DNA of 64,000 nucleotides, from positions 23,004,001 to 23,068,000 of the forward strand of contig CM052818.1 in NCBI GenBank assembly GCA_028534125.1, in the 5' to 3' direction. The stretch is from Lama glama. Its lineage: Eukaryota. Shown here piece by piece: positions 1 through 13,217 of this stretch. The position numbers were made by a program, and so were the translations under genes. The notes beneath the pieces are model-generated. The model was given only the letters and a program-made list of their open reading frames with translations. It did not search any database and had not been told where the DNA came from. How positions within the stretch are numbered: position 1 is the first letter of the stretch; the number at the start of each line of letters is the position of its first letter.

Positions 1-1389
1 AGCAGTTTCCTGGTTTAAAATGACTATTTCCCACCTTCAGATAATCTGACTCCTTTGCTTTTATACCATTGTGTACTAACAGACTGTCTTCACATATTGC
101 CACTGGGCTGTACTCTCAAATTACATTCATTTGGTCACCCCAAGAGGTCTTAATGGGTTTCCCAGGCACCAGCTGTGACATAATTTGTCTTTCTGGCAGT
201 TAAAACTGCCAAAGTGTTCCCTAGGCCTTCCCTTTTGCTCCAGAGTACAGGTAATTTTTTTTTCTTTTGGCAGGGATTCAGCTGCAACTGGTGCATATAT
301 TATGAACATATGCCGTCAAAAGGAAAGAATTCTCCAACAGAAGAGAAGGTATATGAGAAATTTAAATGACTGGCCACCTTAAAAACTATTGGGAAAACTT
401 TCTACCTCAGTTAACTATCTGGCATAATATATTCAAGAAAAAAAAATGGGGCTTAGCTTTTAATACTACTGGCACACTGGCAAGGATAAACTAAAAGAAG
501 AGAATTAAAAATACTGAAATGACTAGTTAGGTGTGTTTCTGATTTTGGCATCTACTGAATGGCAATACTACTATGAAGTGATATAGAACATCATTAAACC
601 ATTAGCAGACACATTTAGTTTTAGCCACACCTGAAGCCAAGTCATGTTTCCATATCACCACCTTCTAGCAAAACTATATAATAGTTGTATTCACTCAACA
701 AGGAAGTTGACCTATACCTTTAACTATAGCTTCAATAGAAGGGTTCTACCTATTCTATCCAAAGTAGTTTAGTCTTACCTCTAAAGAAAAAATCCTCTAG
801 AAATTGTAAATACCTTAAGAAGATGGAAGTGATTATTGTCCTGTCAGCAATTTATGCGAAAGTGAATACTACAAATTCTAATTTCACAGGGGACTAAGAA
901 AAATTCACATATAAAATGTTCCCACAGTATCAGAAATGACTCGATCTTTTTTTAAAAAACTCAGGTGTAACTGACATATAACATTACATTAATTTCAGGT
1001 TCTTCACTTTTTAATTGAAGGAAAAAACACAAAATCCCTATAAAATAATTTCATTGGTTAGAAAATACTTTGCTTAAAATGTTTATTCCAAAATATTTAC
1101 ACCATTAATACATTAATCCTATTTAATTTCAAAACTGACAGTTGATCTTTTTAAGGTTACATACAAATGACAATAGTGTAGAATCACTTAATATTAGTAT
1201 TTCTCTTCCAATTACTTTCTATAGTATACTATATATAAATTCCAAGATAAAGCTGCTTAGAATTGCCAAAAATAAAATTAATAAAACTTGAGCTATGCAG
1301 CTCTCTAGATCAATATCAGAAAACATAATTGGTCAAATTTTTTCACTAACAGTTAATAGAGTAATTCTTAATGAATTATGTTTATCTCT

Positions 1390-1498
1390 CTCTCTCTTTC
1401 TTTTTGCTAAATTTATTTTTAATGGAGGTACTGGGGATTGAATCCAGGACCCTGTGCATGCTAGACATGTACTCTACCACTGAGCTATATCCTCCCCC
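1390..1498 (-). mobile_element. tRNA-derived SINE, camelid Vic-1 type
   Basis: The reverse complement begins GGGGGAGGATATAGCTCAGTGGTAGAG and has A/B boxes and an A-rich tail. Degenerate TSD tgtttatctct / tgctcatctct. Confidence 0.85.
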
Positions 1499-2949
1499 TC
1501 TGCTCATCTCTTAAATAATATCTCCCTAAATTATTATATAACCAATCCTCCCCTCATCAATCCATTTTACAGCCAGCAATTCAAAGCCTATGTCTAAAGT
1601 AATAAAGTAACTTTAAAGAATAATCACTGGTGGACCCCATTCTAACATGTAATCACATTAGCATACTATAAGAATAGCAGTCGAAGTAGGATTAATGGAA
1701 ATGAACTCAGTATCTAATTAATAACATTATTAATAAGATTTAAGAGTTGGTAGTACTATGTGGAAAGAAAAAGTTCTGATGTAGCAGCTGCAGGTGGCTC
1801 CAGAACTAGATAAATCTCCACTAAAGAGCCTGTAACAAAACTGTTTCTAAACTTATTTTAGAGACACAGGAATTATGAATGACAACTAGAAAAGGACAAC
1901 TTACAAAAAGTATGTTCCTGGGGGATAGGAACCATAGCTATTTGTATTTCATGGCACCAAAACAGGCACTGCAGGTGCTAAGTAACTGAGGTATCATACA
2001 AAATATCGTCTATATGCTGAATTTAAAGAAAAGTCTATTTCTTTACTGAAATACCTTACTGAAATAATGAAAACCATTGTTTAATTTTTTCTCAACACAA
2101 GATTACAATGTACTATTGTTTTAGCATAATACAAATCTAAAAATATTTAGGCTAACACAAATTATTTAAAATAAACTTTTTAAAATGACACCAAATAGCA
2201 TGTCACTTTCTCTTACAGGATTTAAAATACTTACACAGAGTCAGAAGCTGAGGGTATATATGTCAATTATAGAAAACTTGTCCTCTCTCTATGCAGTTTT
2301 ACCTTCCCTGAAAAGCCCATATACATTAACTGATCTGCCCATCTTCTATTCTAATAGCTCTAGAATTCTCTTATAAAAATCAATTTGTAACAAAATAAAT
2401 TCTTTCCTGGCTTGATCTGGGCAGTCCTCAAAGTGGGTTCTCAAAAAAATTAAAAACTCACAACATAACATTATTAACCCAAGTGGTTTCAACGAAGTCT
2501 TTTGCCAAACTCTTAGGTCCTTATCCCATGCTATTGATACACTTATCTTACTAACCACTAACGGAAAAGATCAATCCTGCACTATTAACACAAAGGTCCA
2601 GACTGTTTGATGGTGGGAGGTTTAAGAATGGGATTCACAAAACCAGGCAGGATCAACACCCCTCCCTCAAAATTTCCTCCTTCAATACCATCAGGGTCAC
2701 TGAGCATTTCTTTCACGTGTGTGATCTTCCATTCTCTACTCTCTAACCACTCCAAACATTTACTCTTTTTTTTTTCATCACCTAGGAACTGTCTTACTTT
2801 TTTAAAGGGCATCACTATCTCCTGAGGAGAAAGTGGTAAGGAGTGACACTTTCAGCCCTGACAACTGTGAATATCAAACTCCACTTTGTTTTGTTTCTTT
2901 CCATTCTATCTCAGAAGTAGTCTTCTTTCCACCTAAGACTAACAGTAAT

Positions 2950-3710
2950 TTTTTTTTTACTAAGACCCTTCCTCAAACTGTCAGAAAACTTGCCTCAGTT
3001 ACCACTACCTTTCCCCCACCAATATCATCTTCCTCTCTGTTGCCTTTTTGTCTTCAACATATTTTTGTGCTCAAGTCTACAGCATCTTCAAAAATAAAAA
3101 TTAAAACCGGCCTTCAATTTAGTATCCTCTTCTAGCTACTACTCTCTTCTCCTCTCAGGTAAATTTTTTAAAAAGAGTGGCTATAGTTGCTGCTCTTGAT
3201 TCCACAAGTCTCCACTGCTGCGTCTCAAAATACTGCAATTAGATTTGTAATCCTATCACTCCACTAAAATTGCTTTTGGAGAGCTTTCTAATATTCTCAT
3301 AAATGTCAAATCCAATGGTCACCTCTCAGTCTTTGTTTTACTTGACCTCTTTGTAGCAGCTGGCAACATGAATCACTTTATTTGCTTTGCTGAAATATTG
3401 GAGCTCCCAACAGAACTATCCTAAGCCGACTTCTCATTTTACATCCTCTTTCTATGGCTTCGACTATCCATAAGCTGAACATTCCCAAATTTTATTGCTA
3501 GTCAAGACTAACATGAAGACTAGACCTATAATTCAGCTATCAATATGTATCTATCTATACACCATATATATATATATATATATATGCCTTAAACTCAATA
3601 TTCAGAAAGTGAATACATAATCTTTCTTTCAAATCTGTTCCTCATACCCTGGTTAACTATCCAATCTTTAGCTAAAACCTAGGAGTTAACGTAAGACTCC
3701 TCCCTAAGTT
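2950..3710 (+). mobile_element. L2 fragment
   Basis: tgtcaaatccaatggtcacctctcagtctttgttttacttgacctct is an L2 ORF motif. Confidence 0.7.
3564..3585. repeat. (TA)n microsatellite
   Basis: Directly visible. Confidence 0.9.
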
Positions 3711-4539
3711 AATCATTTGCATCGACATGTAACAGTAGAGAGATAAGCCAGTGAATCTTCTCCTTGTCCCATTTCCAAATGGGGATAATCATGCCTATGC
3801 TCTTTTATTCTACCAAGAAATCAGTAAGATATATGAAATGATGCATTCAATTATTTGATTAATGTGAAAGAATTTTAAATTCCTTCTAGGTGGTTGGAGG
3901 AAGAGAAAGGCCAAACTACATGTGCTCCAAACTCAAGAGTAACAGGGTCCTGTTAACCATTTATTTCAATCTATGAAAATCCCCAAAGTCTGGAGGTTAA
4001 AATTTCCATTTAACTGGTGCTGGTAATAAGTTTCTGAGTTTAATTTCTTCAGGATTCTGCTGACTAAGACCACAGAAGGTTAGAATGAAGCTATATGAAC
4101 TATAATGGTTCAAATCATATCTGTAATGATAAGAGGATTCATTCAGAAAGTGTAAGTGTTTACCTGCTATGTTCAAAATACAATGCTAAATCAATGGGAG
4201 ACACAAAAAGATGATTCAAGTTTCTGCCCTTGGGAAACTGTTATCTAGTTGCAAGCTATTAAATTCACACAAATACTATGACATAAAAGCCTGTAAGTAC
4301 AATCAATGGCGTTACATAAAAATTCACAATTTAAAGTAATAAATAATAAACTTTTAGAATTTCTTGAGAATAAAGAAAAAGGAAATGGAAAACAAACTAC
4401 AATCACAAGTAATCCAAAAGAGAAACTATAATTTTATGTTCCCAATCTTAATGTCACTGAAAAAATACACAAGTTTAATATATTATTTCAAAGAAAATGC
4501 TGCAAAAAACAAAACTCTTCCTCCTTTACAATACATTAC

Positions 4540-4722
4540 CTTTACTTGGGACTGATTTTTTCACTGAGGCTACATGATCTTCAGAGATTGCAAGACGCCT
4601 CAAAACATCAGCCAAAGCTGCCTTCAGCACAGTGATTTCATCTTCTTGTTGTTGAACTCGTAACTCAAGAGCTGAGAGGCGATCTTGAACATCAGAAGTA
4701 CTTGCAGCAGAAATACTATCAT
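4540..4722 (-). CDS. EML4: EML4 exon 2 (183 nt, phase 1-1), N-terminal trimerisation coiled coil
   Basis: Acceptor is ttttctttattttatag|AT and donor is AAAG|gtaat. In frame with exon 1 it translates (D)DSISAASTSDVQDRLSALELRVQQQEDEITVLKAALADVLRRLAISEDHVASVKKSVPSK(G), matching EML4. Confidence 0.98.
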
Positions 4723-6194
4723 CTATAAAATAAAGAAAATATGAACTATTTAAAAAGTAAACTGCTTAAGAGAGAATCTAACATAAAACTGTACCAGAGA
4801 AGTCTTTTAAAAGATGAGAAAAATTGAAAAAAAAATCATTTTACACAGATTAACTTCTGTAAAGACTTTCCTAGGTATCGGAACTAATTTAAAATAGTAA
4901 AAGTTAAAATATCTGACATATAATTAAAATTATGAAAATTTTCCTGTGGTCAAATTTCCCATATATTATACCATTACTTCAATTGTTTTTTCACCAAAAT
5001 GTTCCCTAAACATATCACTTTGAAGACTGGAAACTTGCAAGACAGCAAACTATTCAAAGCATTCTTCTTACTTATAATATCATCATAATACTTGCTTACG
5101 AAAATAAAGGAATACAAATCACTTCAGTTTTTCTCTATGTGTCAGACTGTGAACCCTTTACCTACAGCATCAATGACCAGAAAGCATTCTTTACTTCCAT
5201 CTTTATTATTATACTCCAAATCCTCCACAAAATAACCACTATATAATTAGCAAAAGACTTTTCACTGCTCCTTCTCTCCCCTCAGTGTCCCACCTCTCTT
5301 ACCAAAAAGAAGGGCTTTGTTTCTATAAAGCACATAGGTAATATTTGCCTTAGGTATGTAACAAGAACAACAACAACAAAAAATAGTTTTCCTAACACAG
5401 CAATTACAAACTTCTTCCAATTGCTACTGGCTAATTCACTCACTGTAAGCATGTAAATTCAGGGGGGAATTTAGATTCTTATATAAGAATGATTTGACTT
5501 GAATGATATAAACTGGGTCAGTCATTCACTCAATAAGGCATTATGCTGTTTTTCTCATACTGAGATAATGTGCCAGACATCTTAAGCAGACAATTTAACT
5601 GAAAGTTTGAGTTTAAAAAACACAAACCCCTCGGCATTTAAAAATCTACCAGCACTTATTATTACTATTACTATTTATCAAAGCTATCACTATTTATTAT
5701 GGAGTAGTAAACATATTCGTATGTAAGATCTTACATGCCTACAGTCATTTCAGGTGTGAATATGTACTCTATTCTGCCTTTAGAGATATTTCAATGTCAA
5801 TCTTTGAGAAGTACTGGGATGGAAGGAAAAGCTGGGTTTTAACTTCAATTTAGACTTCAAATTCTAGTTCCATGTTAATTAGTTATGTAACCTTAGGCAA
5901 CTTATTTTACCTCTTTGAACCTCAATTTCTTTATCTTTAAATATGACTGTTATGAGGAAGGCACCCTGCACATGTTTAACATCCAATAAATATTTAACAT
6001 ACAACAGAAAAGTACAAAAGGTATAATTTGAAAGCTCTGGGCACATTTATTACATAAAAGGCAGATTTGTCAAAATCTGAGATACTTAAGAAGAGGACTG
6101 GTAAAACACGTCAGCTTCTCACTTTAGAAATTTCTATTTGAGGTCTTTCTCATTTCCACAGTAGTTTAGCTGAATGCTAGCTGATCCACACTCT

Positions 6195-6735
6195 GTGTGT
6201 TACACTACGGTTACTATATTTTTGTCTGCCCAGAATGCTTTCCTATTTTCCTTTTTCTAGTAGGAAGAACAGCAGCTCTTTTGTGGAACTCCACCAGTTT
6301 TTGAGGTCCTATTAGGGCTGTCAATCTATGATGCCTCATTCTCCTCTCTACCACTCTGCACTGTTACTAATAGGTTGAAGCATGTGAAATGGCCTTTTTA
6401 GTTGGTAAAGATATGACTGACTTTTGGTCATTTCATATGGTTCAATCTAATACTACCACAGAAGTGGCTGTGAGATATGGGTAGGCCAAATGCAGTCCTC
6501 CCAAATTTCCCAGAGATACAGCCCATCCTTCATGGCTTGTCCATTGTAAGGACATACAGACCTAAGGTTGTCAGTGATAAAGTCTTGACTGCCCTGAGTT
6601 CCAGTTCTATCCTCTGAGGTCCTGAGCCTTTAGTTCTGAGAGCTATTCTAATATTCCTCTTAGCTCATTATGTAATCTTAAAAAACTCCCTTTTTACAAG
6701 CCATCACTTGTAAGCCAAAGCGCCTGATTAAGTCA
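6195..6735 (+). mobile_element. Old ERVL-type LTR (LTR16/LTR33-like)
   Basis: Ends in tcacttgtaagccaaagcgcctgattaagtca. The interior is degenerate. Confidence 0.5.
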
Positions 6736-7139
6736 TTAAATTACATGGATATGCCTTTCTAAACTGTTCTTAACTTATGAAAGATGAGTTATATACCTTA
6801 ATTATAGTCACAGATAAAATATTTATGTGATTTTTATAAACATATAATCTTCTTAATTTGGGAGTGAGGGGTAGGCAGCAGAGCCTAGTGGAAAGATTAT
6901 CAGCCTGTAATGCCAAACGGCTATTCTTGGGTTTTAGTACCAACATATTCTTTTGCTTTTCATAAGTCACTTAACTTTTATAGACTTTGATTTTTTTTTA
7001 AATGACTAAGGTTTTTATTTTGTGAAACTTGGATAGTCACATGAAGGGTGGTTTAGCTTGTAAAAATCCTACCACGACCTGCCAGATACTGTGATAAGAC
7101 ACAAAGACAATTTTTCAAAGGGCCTAACAAGCAAGAAGT

Positions 7140-7330
7140 TAACTATTAACAATGTCCTGCATTTATATAGTACCTTTCATACTTATTACCTCACCCCCCT
7201 CCTTGCTCTATCTATATTTTATATTTGGGGAAATAGCTTGAGAAGTTAAATAGCTTGCCCAAGGTCACCAAACTAGTCTTGATATCTGAGACTCAAACAG
7301 GGGACTCCTGACTCACAGTTTACATGCCCT
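7140..7330 (-). mobile_element. MIR SINE
   Basis: agttaaatagcttgcccaaggtcac core. Confidence 0.7.
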
Positions 7331-9077
7331 TTACTCTATTTCACACTGCATCTTAACAATAACCACAGGAGGACTGAATACATATGTTCTTTTACAAAGC
7401 CAGATGGGGTATAAATTATTAAGTGATAAGAATCAGATTTCTGTTTTTAAAAGGTTACTTTGGCTGCTGTGTTAGAATGGACTTGAACAAGGTAAAAGAA
7501 AGTGCAAGGAGACGAGGCAAAGACTAACGCAGTAACCTGTGTGAGAGGTGATGGTGGCCTAGGTCAAGGGTAAAGTGTTTGTGTGTCTCAATCTGTCCAG
7601 GACAAACATGTCTGCTATCTCAGTAAAAATCTTATCATAATGCTCCTTCTCTCACTCAAGTTTCCCAGTGTGGATGACCAAGTACAGGGTCACATAAACT
7701 AAGGCAGCAGCAGCACCAGAGATGCAAAGCCTCACAGTAGTTGATCTCCACAGTTCCTTACAGCTATGAAATTCTCTAACATCTTCCTAATATCTAGTCC
7801 CTTCATCTCTTCAGGGACATCAATCTTTCTGGGAATCCAATAAAAGCTGTGGTAGGCTGTGCATCAGCTCCACATTGTTACACCGCCTAAATAAATCTGT
7901 TTGCTACTTACCAGCTCTGTGACTGGTTTCCTCACGTAATTTCTTCATGCTAATTAGTATTTATCTCAGGTTTGAGATTATTAGATGAAATAATGCACAG
8001 CACTGCCATATAGTGAAGGTCAGTAAGTTACTATTCTGTATAGTGTTTACTATTGCCACAAAATTGAAAATGACCTCAAGTCCCTGGATGGGGTTAATAA
8101 GCTATGATATATTCACACCATAGAATACCAAGCAACAACGAAAAACAATGAGACAAGTATATGAACTAGAAATTGGAAAGATCTACAAGATAACTTAAGT
8201 GGAACAGGCAAATTGCAGAACACGTACTGAGTAATTTATTAAAACACACACACCAAAACATACTTCTAAAATATAAACAAAAACTTCATATTTATATTTG
8301 TATATAATGTACACATAGAAAAAGTCTAGAAGCATACACAATCAAACTGGTAATTGGGTTACTTCTGACAAGGAGAGTGAGATTAGAAGGATATGGGTAA
8401 AGGGAAATTGTTGCTTTTTAGTGTATTTCTGCATTATTTGAATTTCACAATAAAAATGTATCATGTTACTTTTCATATGTTATTTTAAAGTTATATTTAA
8501 GCTAAAATACAGTGCTTCTGAAGTTTGATTTCTTAAAGCAACTTTCTCCAGGCACAGTATTCCAATTTTACAAAGGAATATATCAGAGCCTAAGGCAATT
8601 AACTTAAATTTACACTCACTGATTACAAAAGCCAGAACAGAGACTATCTTAAAGATCAACAACCCCTCCTGCCATTTCATAGATATGTAAACTAAGACTC
8701 TGAGAAATTAGATGAGTTACTTGTAGGCACACAGCAAGTTGGGGTCAGAGCTCCTTCCTCAGATGACTCCACAGAATCAGTCAGGCTTGCTCTTTTCATT
8801 TTCAAAACTTCGCTCTCATTTTTTTCTCTCCCAATGGCGAGTGTACCACATTTGCATTCACAATAAACTTTTTAGGAATGTATCTGTTCAGAAAATAGAA
8901 CATATCTATTTTCTAGGGGCTTTTCCCACTCCCCTTTCTTAGTCCAAGGATATTAATTCCTTTTCCTTATACTGTTGTAGTGTCTTATTTCTTTGCTCCT
9001 TCTCAAAATACTTCCTAGCCCTGAGGGTTAAAATATGAACAAGTCAATTTTGAAGGGTTCTTAAACTTACTAAGGGA

Positions 9078-9155
9078 GGAAAAGAAAGAAAAGAAAGGAA
9101 GGGAGGAAGGAAGAAAAGAAAAGAACAGAATAGAAAAGAAAAGAAAAGAAAAATA
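9078..9155. repeat. Purine-rich (GAAAA)n/(GGAA)n simple repeat
   Basis: Directly visible. Confidence 0.9.
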
Positions 9156-9904
9156 AGGTCCAGAAACCTCTTTTTTCACCAGTCTAATCTATTTATTGGC
9201 ATAAGAAAGTCTCCTTTATTAGAAGTACAAGCAAATTTACATGTAACCAGTAAACTAGAATATCCAATATTAGTTTTAAAACTATAATGGCAGCCACTCA
9301 TTATGCTTTTACCGTAGTGAATCATAGTTAATTTGTCTTCTGAATTGTCAAGAAATGTTACCTCTGAAGAGAGAAATGTATTTTACTTTACTCTAAATAT
9401 CTCAAAGTTGGCAATCCAATATCATATCAGAATGAGGCATGCCTATACATGCTAGCACCTTTTGAATGTCAATGATTTCATGTAAATCTTTCTAAAATGG
9501 AACACTTTCTTGTCTTCCTTATAAAGGCATAGAATTATAATGCATCCACTTCTAGAGGACTCAGCCTTCACTGAGAATATTAACTATTTGTGATAAAATG
9601 ATGTCCTGGAGGCCATTATATTTATAATTAAATAATTTAAAGTATTACATTTTCAAACTTAATCTTTCTTCATACCTTTTCTGCCTCTTTCTTTGCAGTT
9701 AGGATTAACTATGCTAGTCTGGAACACTCCTTTCCAATCCAATTTCCTACATTACAGGATATGGGATAACCAACCTTTTTGAATCTTTTATAAGAGAAAA
9801 TCATCTCTAAAATTAGGATCTCTTCTATTCAAAAAACTACATATATTATACACACATTATGTATATGATGTGTACAACTTAAACGTAGAGAAAAAATACA
9901 TACT

Positions 9905-10800
9905 GCCTCAGGCCTAGTATCTGTGTCACTAGAGTCTCAGAGGAAGAGAACAAAAGTTTTTAGCTGAAAAAAATATGTGAAGAAATAATGGTCGAACTTC
10001 TCAAGTTAAATTAAAATTTACAAATTCATTAAAATTCAGTATATTGAAGTCCCTATCTCTACCCCACAGAAAAATCAAATCCAAGTAGATTAAAGAATTA
10101 AAGGCAAAATTATAAAATCTTTAGAAAAATAACAGAGAATATCTTCATATCCTGCAATTAGAGAGGAGGTTCCTAAATAAGATACAAAAAGTACTATCCT
10201 TAAATGTAAAAACTGATACTCAACTATGTTAGAATTCAGAACTTCTGTTCACTAAAAGACACAATAAAGAGAAAAAGCAATTACAAACTAGGAAAAGATA
10301 GTTGTAACCAATAAAGGGTTAGGATCCTGAATAAAGAATTCCTACAAATCGATAAGACAGACAAACAACCCTATAGGAAAAAATTAGCAAAAGCCTTGAC
10401 TCAACACCTCACTGAAAAGGAAACATAAATGGCCAATGAACATATGAAATGAGGCTCAAGCACCTCATTAATAATCTTGAAAAGGAAAATTAAAACCACA
10501 TGAAATACTATTCTATGCTCACCAAGCTGGCAAAAATATTTAAAATGTGACAATATCCCAATATTCCCAAGGATACAGAGCCATACAAATTCTCGTACAT
10601 TATTGGTAGACAGTTAACTGCCTTGCAATGACTTTGAGGTAAAAACAAACAGAATTTGTCACTGTCTGGTAAAACTGAAGATGCCCACATCCTATGACCC
10701 AGTAATCCCACTTCTAGGTGTATATACTCTGACTTACAGCAGGGTTGGCAATCTTTTTCTATGAGAGCCAGATAGTAAATATTTAAGGCTCTGCAGATCA
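9905..10800 (+). mobile_element. Old L1M remnant ending in a MER58A-like fragment (from ~10738)
   Basis: L1 ORF2-end motifs (aacttctgttcactaaaagacac, ctatgacccagtaatcccacttctaggt) followed by cagggttggcaatctttttct. Confidence 0.7.
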
Positions 10801-13150
10801 CGTAATAGATACAGCTATTAGATACACAGGTCTGTCATGAAACACGTATAGATAATAGAATATCTATGTCATATAAATAATTAAAACATTTATTGAATTA
10901 CACTTTTTTGAGGTGGAGGTTAGTTAGTAATTCTTCTCAGAGGATGGGGAATGACAATGACTAGACTACATAATTGATTTACTCACCTTTTTTTTTGAGA
11001 ACAATGAAAGTATTCTTTGCAAATTAAATTCCGAAACAGATAAAAATGGAGTTGTACTTCCAAAGCACTCTTGAGCTTTTCTTTATAAAAAACAACTAAA
11101 CCAGATGGTTTTTACGGTAGTTTTGATGCTAATGATATAACCCTAATGTTAGTTGTTACTTATGAACCTTTAAAAAAAAAATAGTCCATTTCAAAAATGT
11201 TTATTAGATATAACAGCATCCAAAGAACAACTATTTCTAAAAAAATTAAAAGAGTCTGTGATCTTCCCTTCCTAACACAATTACGTTAATACACTGGGCA
11301 GGCCTCAGTGAACAGAATGATAGTGACAGATTAAAAGAACTAATGAGACTCCAGTAACAACACCATGCATTGTTTGTATAGTTAAAAAAAAAAAGGTGAA
11401 AGCATTAGCCTGAAAGACTATCAATAGAGAACTGACTAAATAAACAGTTGTACTATGGTACACTATGCGGCTCTTAAGGAGTATAGCATATATTTAAAAT
11501 CATAAACAAGTAAGTTTAGTAGGAGTAACAACATACTATAGAGAGAAAAAAAATTGCAGGCAGTATTTAAACTGTAGAACTGTATATCCATAGGCATATA
11601 TACACATACGGATGTGCAGAGAGACTGGAAACATGTCTCTGCGAAGTGGAATTTCAGTGGATTTTGCTTCCTTATACTCACTCTTTTATTCTAGATGAAT
11701 TTTCTGCAAGAAAAATTCTTTGTGAACAAAATTTAAACTATTTTCTCAGAAGAAGAAAAGCAAAGCTAATTTTGGCTATGATGTAAATCTACTTAGTAAT
11801 GCACCCAAATTTTCAATACAAGTTTGGTTAATTTGTAGATTTTTACACAGTGAATTGAAAACGTTTCTGTAAAACTGTATGTCTCATGATATTCTCAGGC
11901 TAATAAGAGACACAAAAATCAATACAATACATCCAAAGGAAAATTGAGTCTTTAAACATTACTTCTTCAAAAACCAAAGTCACAAATGACTTGTCACATT
12001 AATAAACTCCCATTAGAAGGCATTTAGCAACTTAAATGGTTTTCTGTTTTGTTCTAAGATGGAATTGGTTGTTTTCAAATTTTGTCGCATAAAGAAATAA
12101 CTATTTAAGTATTACATCAAAAAGTTATGCACTATGAATTCTACAACGGCTAAAATGTACTTTTGGAAATAAAATATATTCATAAAAACACAATAGCTCA
12201 TATGAAGATATACTTATGCAAGAATTAATGCTCCTTATTTATCTTAATACTCTACTTCCAAAAATCAAATTTTTCTCTCAAGAAAGTTTTTAATGAAGTA
12301 AGGCATTTTAACTGTTAAAGCTTGGGTATTTCATTTCTTGAGTAAATGACAATATTAATTACCTCCAGCTAGCAATATGATTAAATGAAAGTAAGACTAA
12401 TTTCTGTTCTATTCAACTGAATAACATGAATAATGGTGACCTATTTTCTACTTTTAAAAACTTAAGTTTTTTTCCCTTGTGAGATATTCTTACTAAGAAT
12501 TCACCTACTAGCATAAATTATAAGATAAATTGTGTTAAATAAAACAAAAAACTATTTTTGCTACAGTACTCTGGGCATGAAGGCTAGTCCCAGGGAAGAA
12601 CTTCACTTCCTTTTATCACTAGAATTCATCCACAATTAAAATGGTCTTTTTTCCCCCCAAAGTCTTACTTAATTTAACACAGAATTAAAAACAGATAATC
12701 AGATAATTCTGCTTTTAATGAAGTTTTTTGGTTAGACTTCACAGAAGCAAAAGTCAAGCTAAATTACACAATTCTGATTTGCTATTATTTAAGAGAAGCA
12801 CTTTAAAAAACTATTTTCCACTATAAGCTAAAAGCTGTTTTTATTTTTTCCTGCACAAATAATAACCATCTTTTTTGTAGGGGGAGGGTGGCACAAGCAA
12901 AGAACAAGTTGAACAAAGCCCATTCTCACAACAGGAACATATCTGTTATAAAATGGATACAGTCTTAAGCACTTTATAAAGTATGTAGGCAAATACTTAT
13001 GCCATTATTGGCACATATATTTAAAGGAAGGAGGGTGGGGAAAAAAAAGAAAGGATCTAGATTCATTCCCATGTCCTCAGACTTCTTTTGTCACCAGAAG
13101 TAAAGTTTATGCCATAGATCTGAATTCTCAGGAAAGGAAAGATACTTTAC

Positions 13151-13217
13151 CAGCGCAGAAGTTCGTAAGTGTAGAGGAACCACACACAGAAGCGAGACCA
13201 GGCAAGCTGTCTTCCAT
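13151..13217 (-). CDS. EML4: Putative alternative first coding exon of EML4 (MEDSLPGLASVCGSSTLTNFCA), EML1-like N-terminus
   Basis: Kozak context gcaagaATGG, 67 nt with no stop, donor CTG|gtaaagt in phase 1 and so in frame with exon 2. Shows 8/22 ungapped identities to the recalled EML1 N-terminus MEDGFSSYSSLYDTSSLLQFCN. CpGs are locally retained. Confidence 0.72.

Noticed and set aside
2585..2815. 76-aa minus-strand ORF with a protein-like look (PDGIEGGNFEGGVLILPGF)
   Set aside because: It starts at a GTG, has no recognisable homology, and is out of frame with EML4 via the nearby acceptor.
1..4539. EML4 exon 3 (expected to begin GQPSPRAVIPM)
   Set aside because: It was not found in the first 4.5 kb and presumably lies beyond the left edge of the window.
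10981..11082. Strong minus-strand donor AAG|gtgagt at ~10986 suggesting a 94-nt exon
   Set aside because: The donor abuts a poly(A) run, the acceptor is weak, and there is no coding signal.
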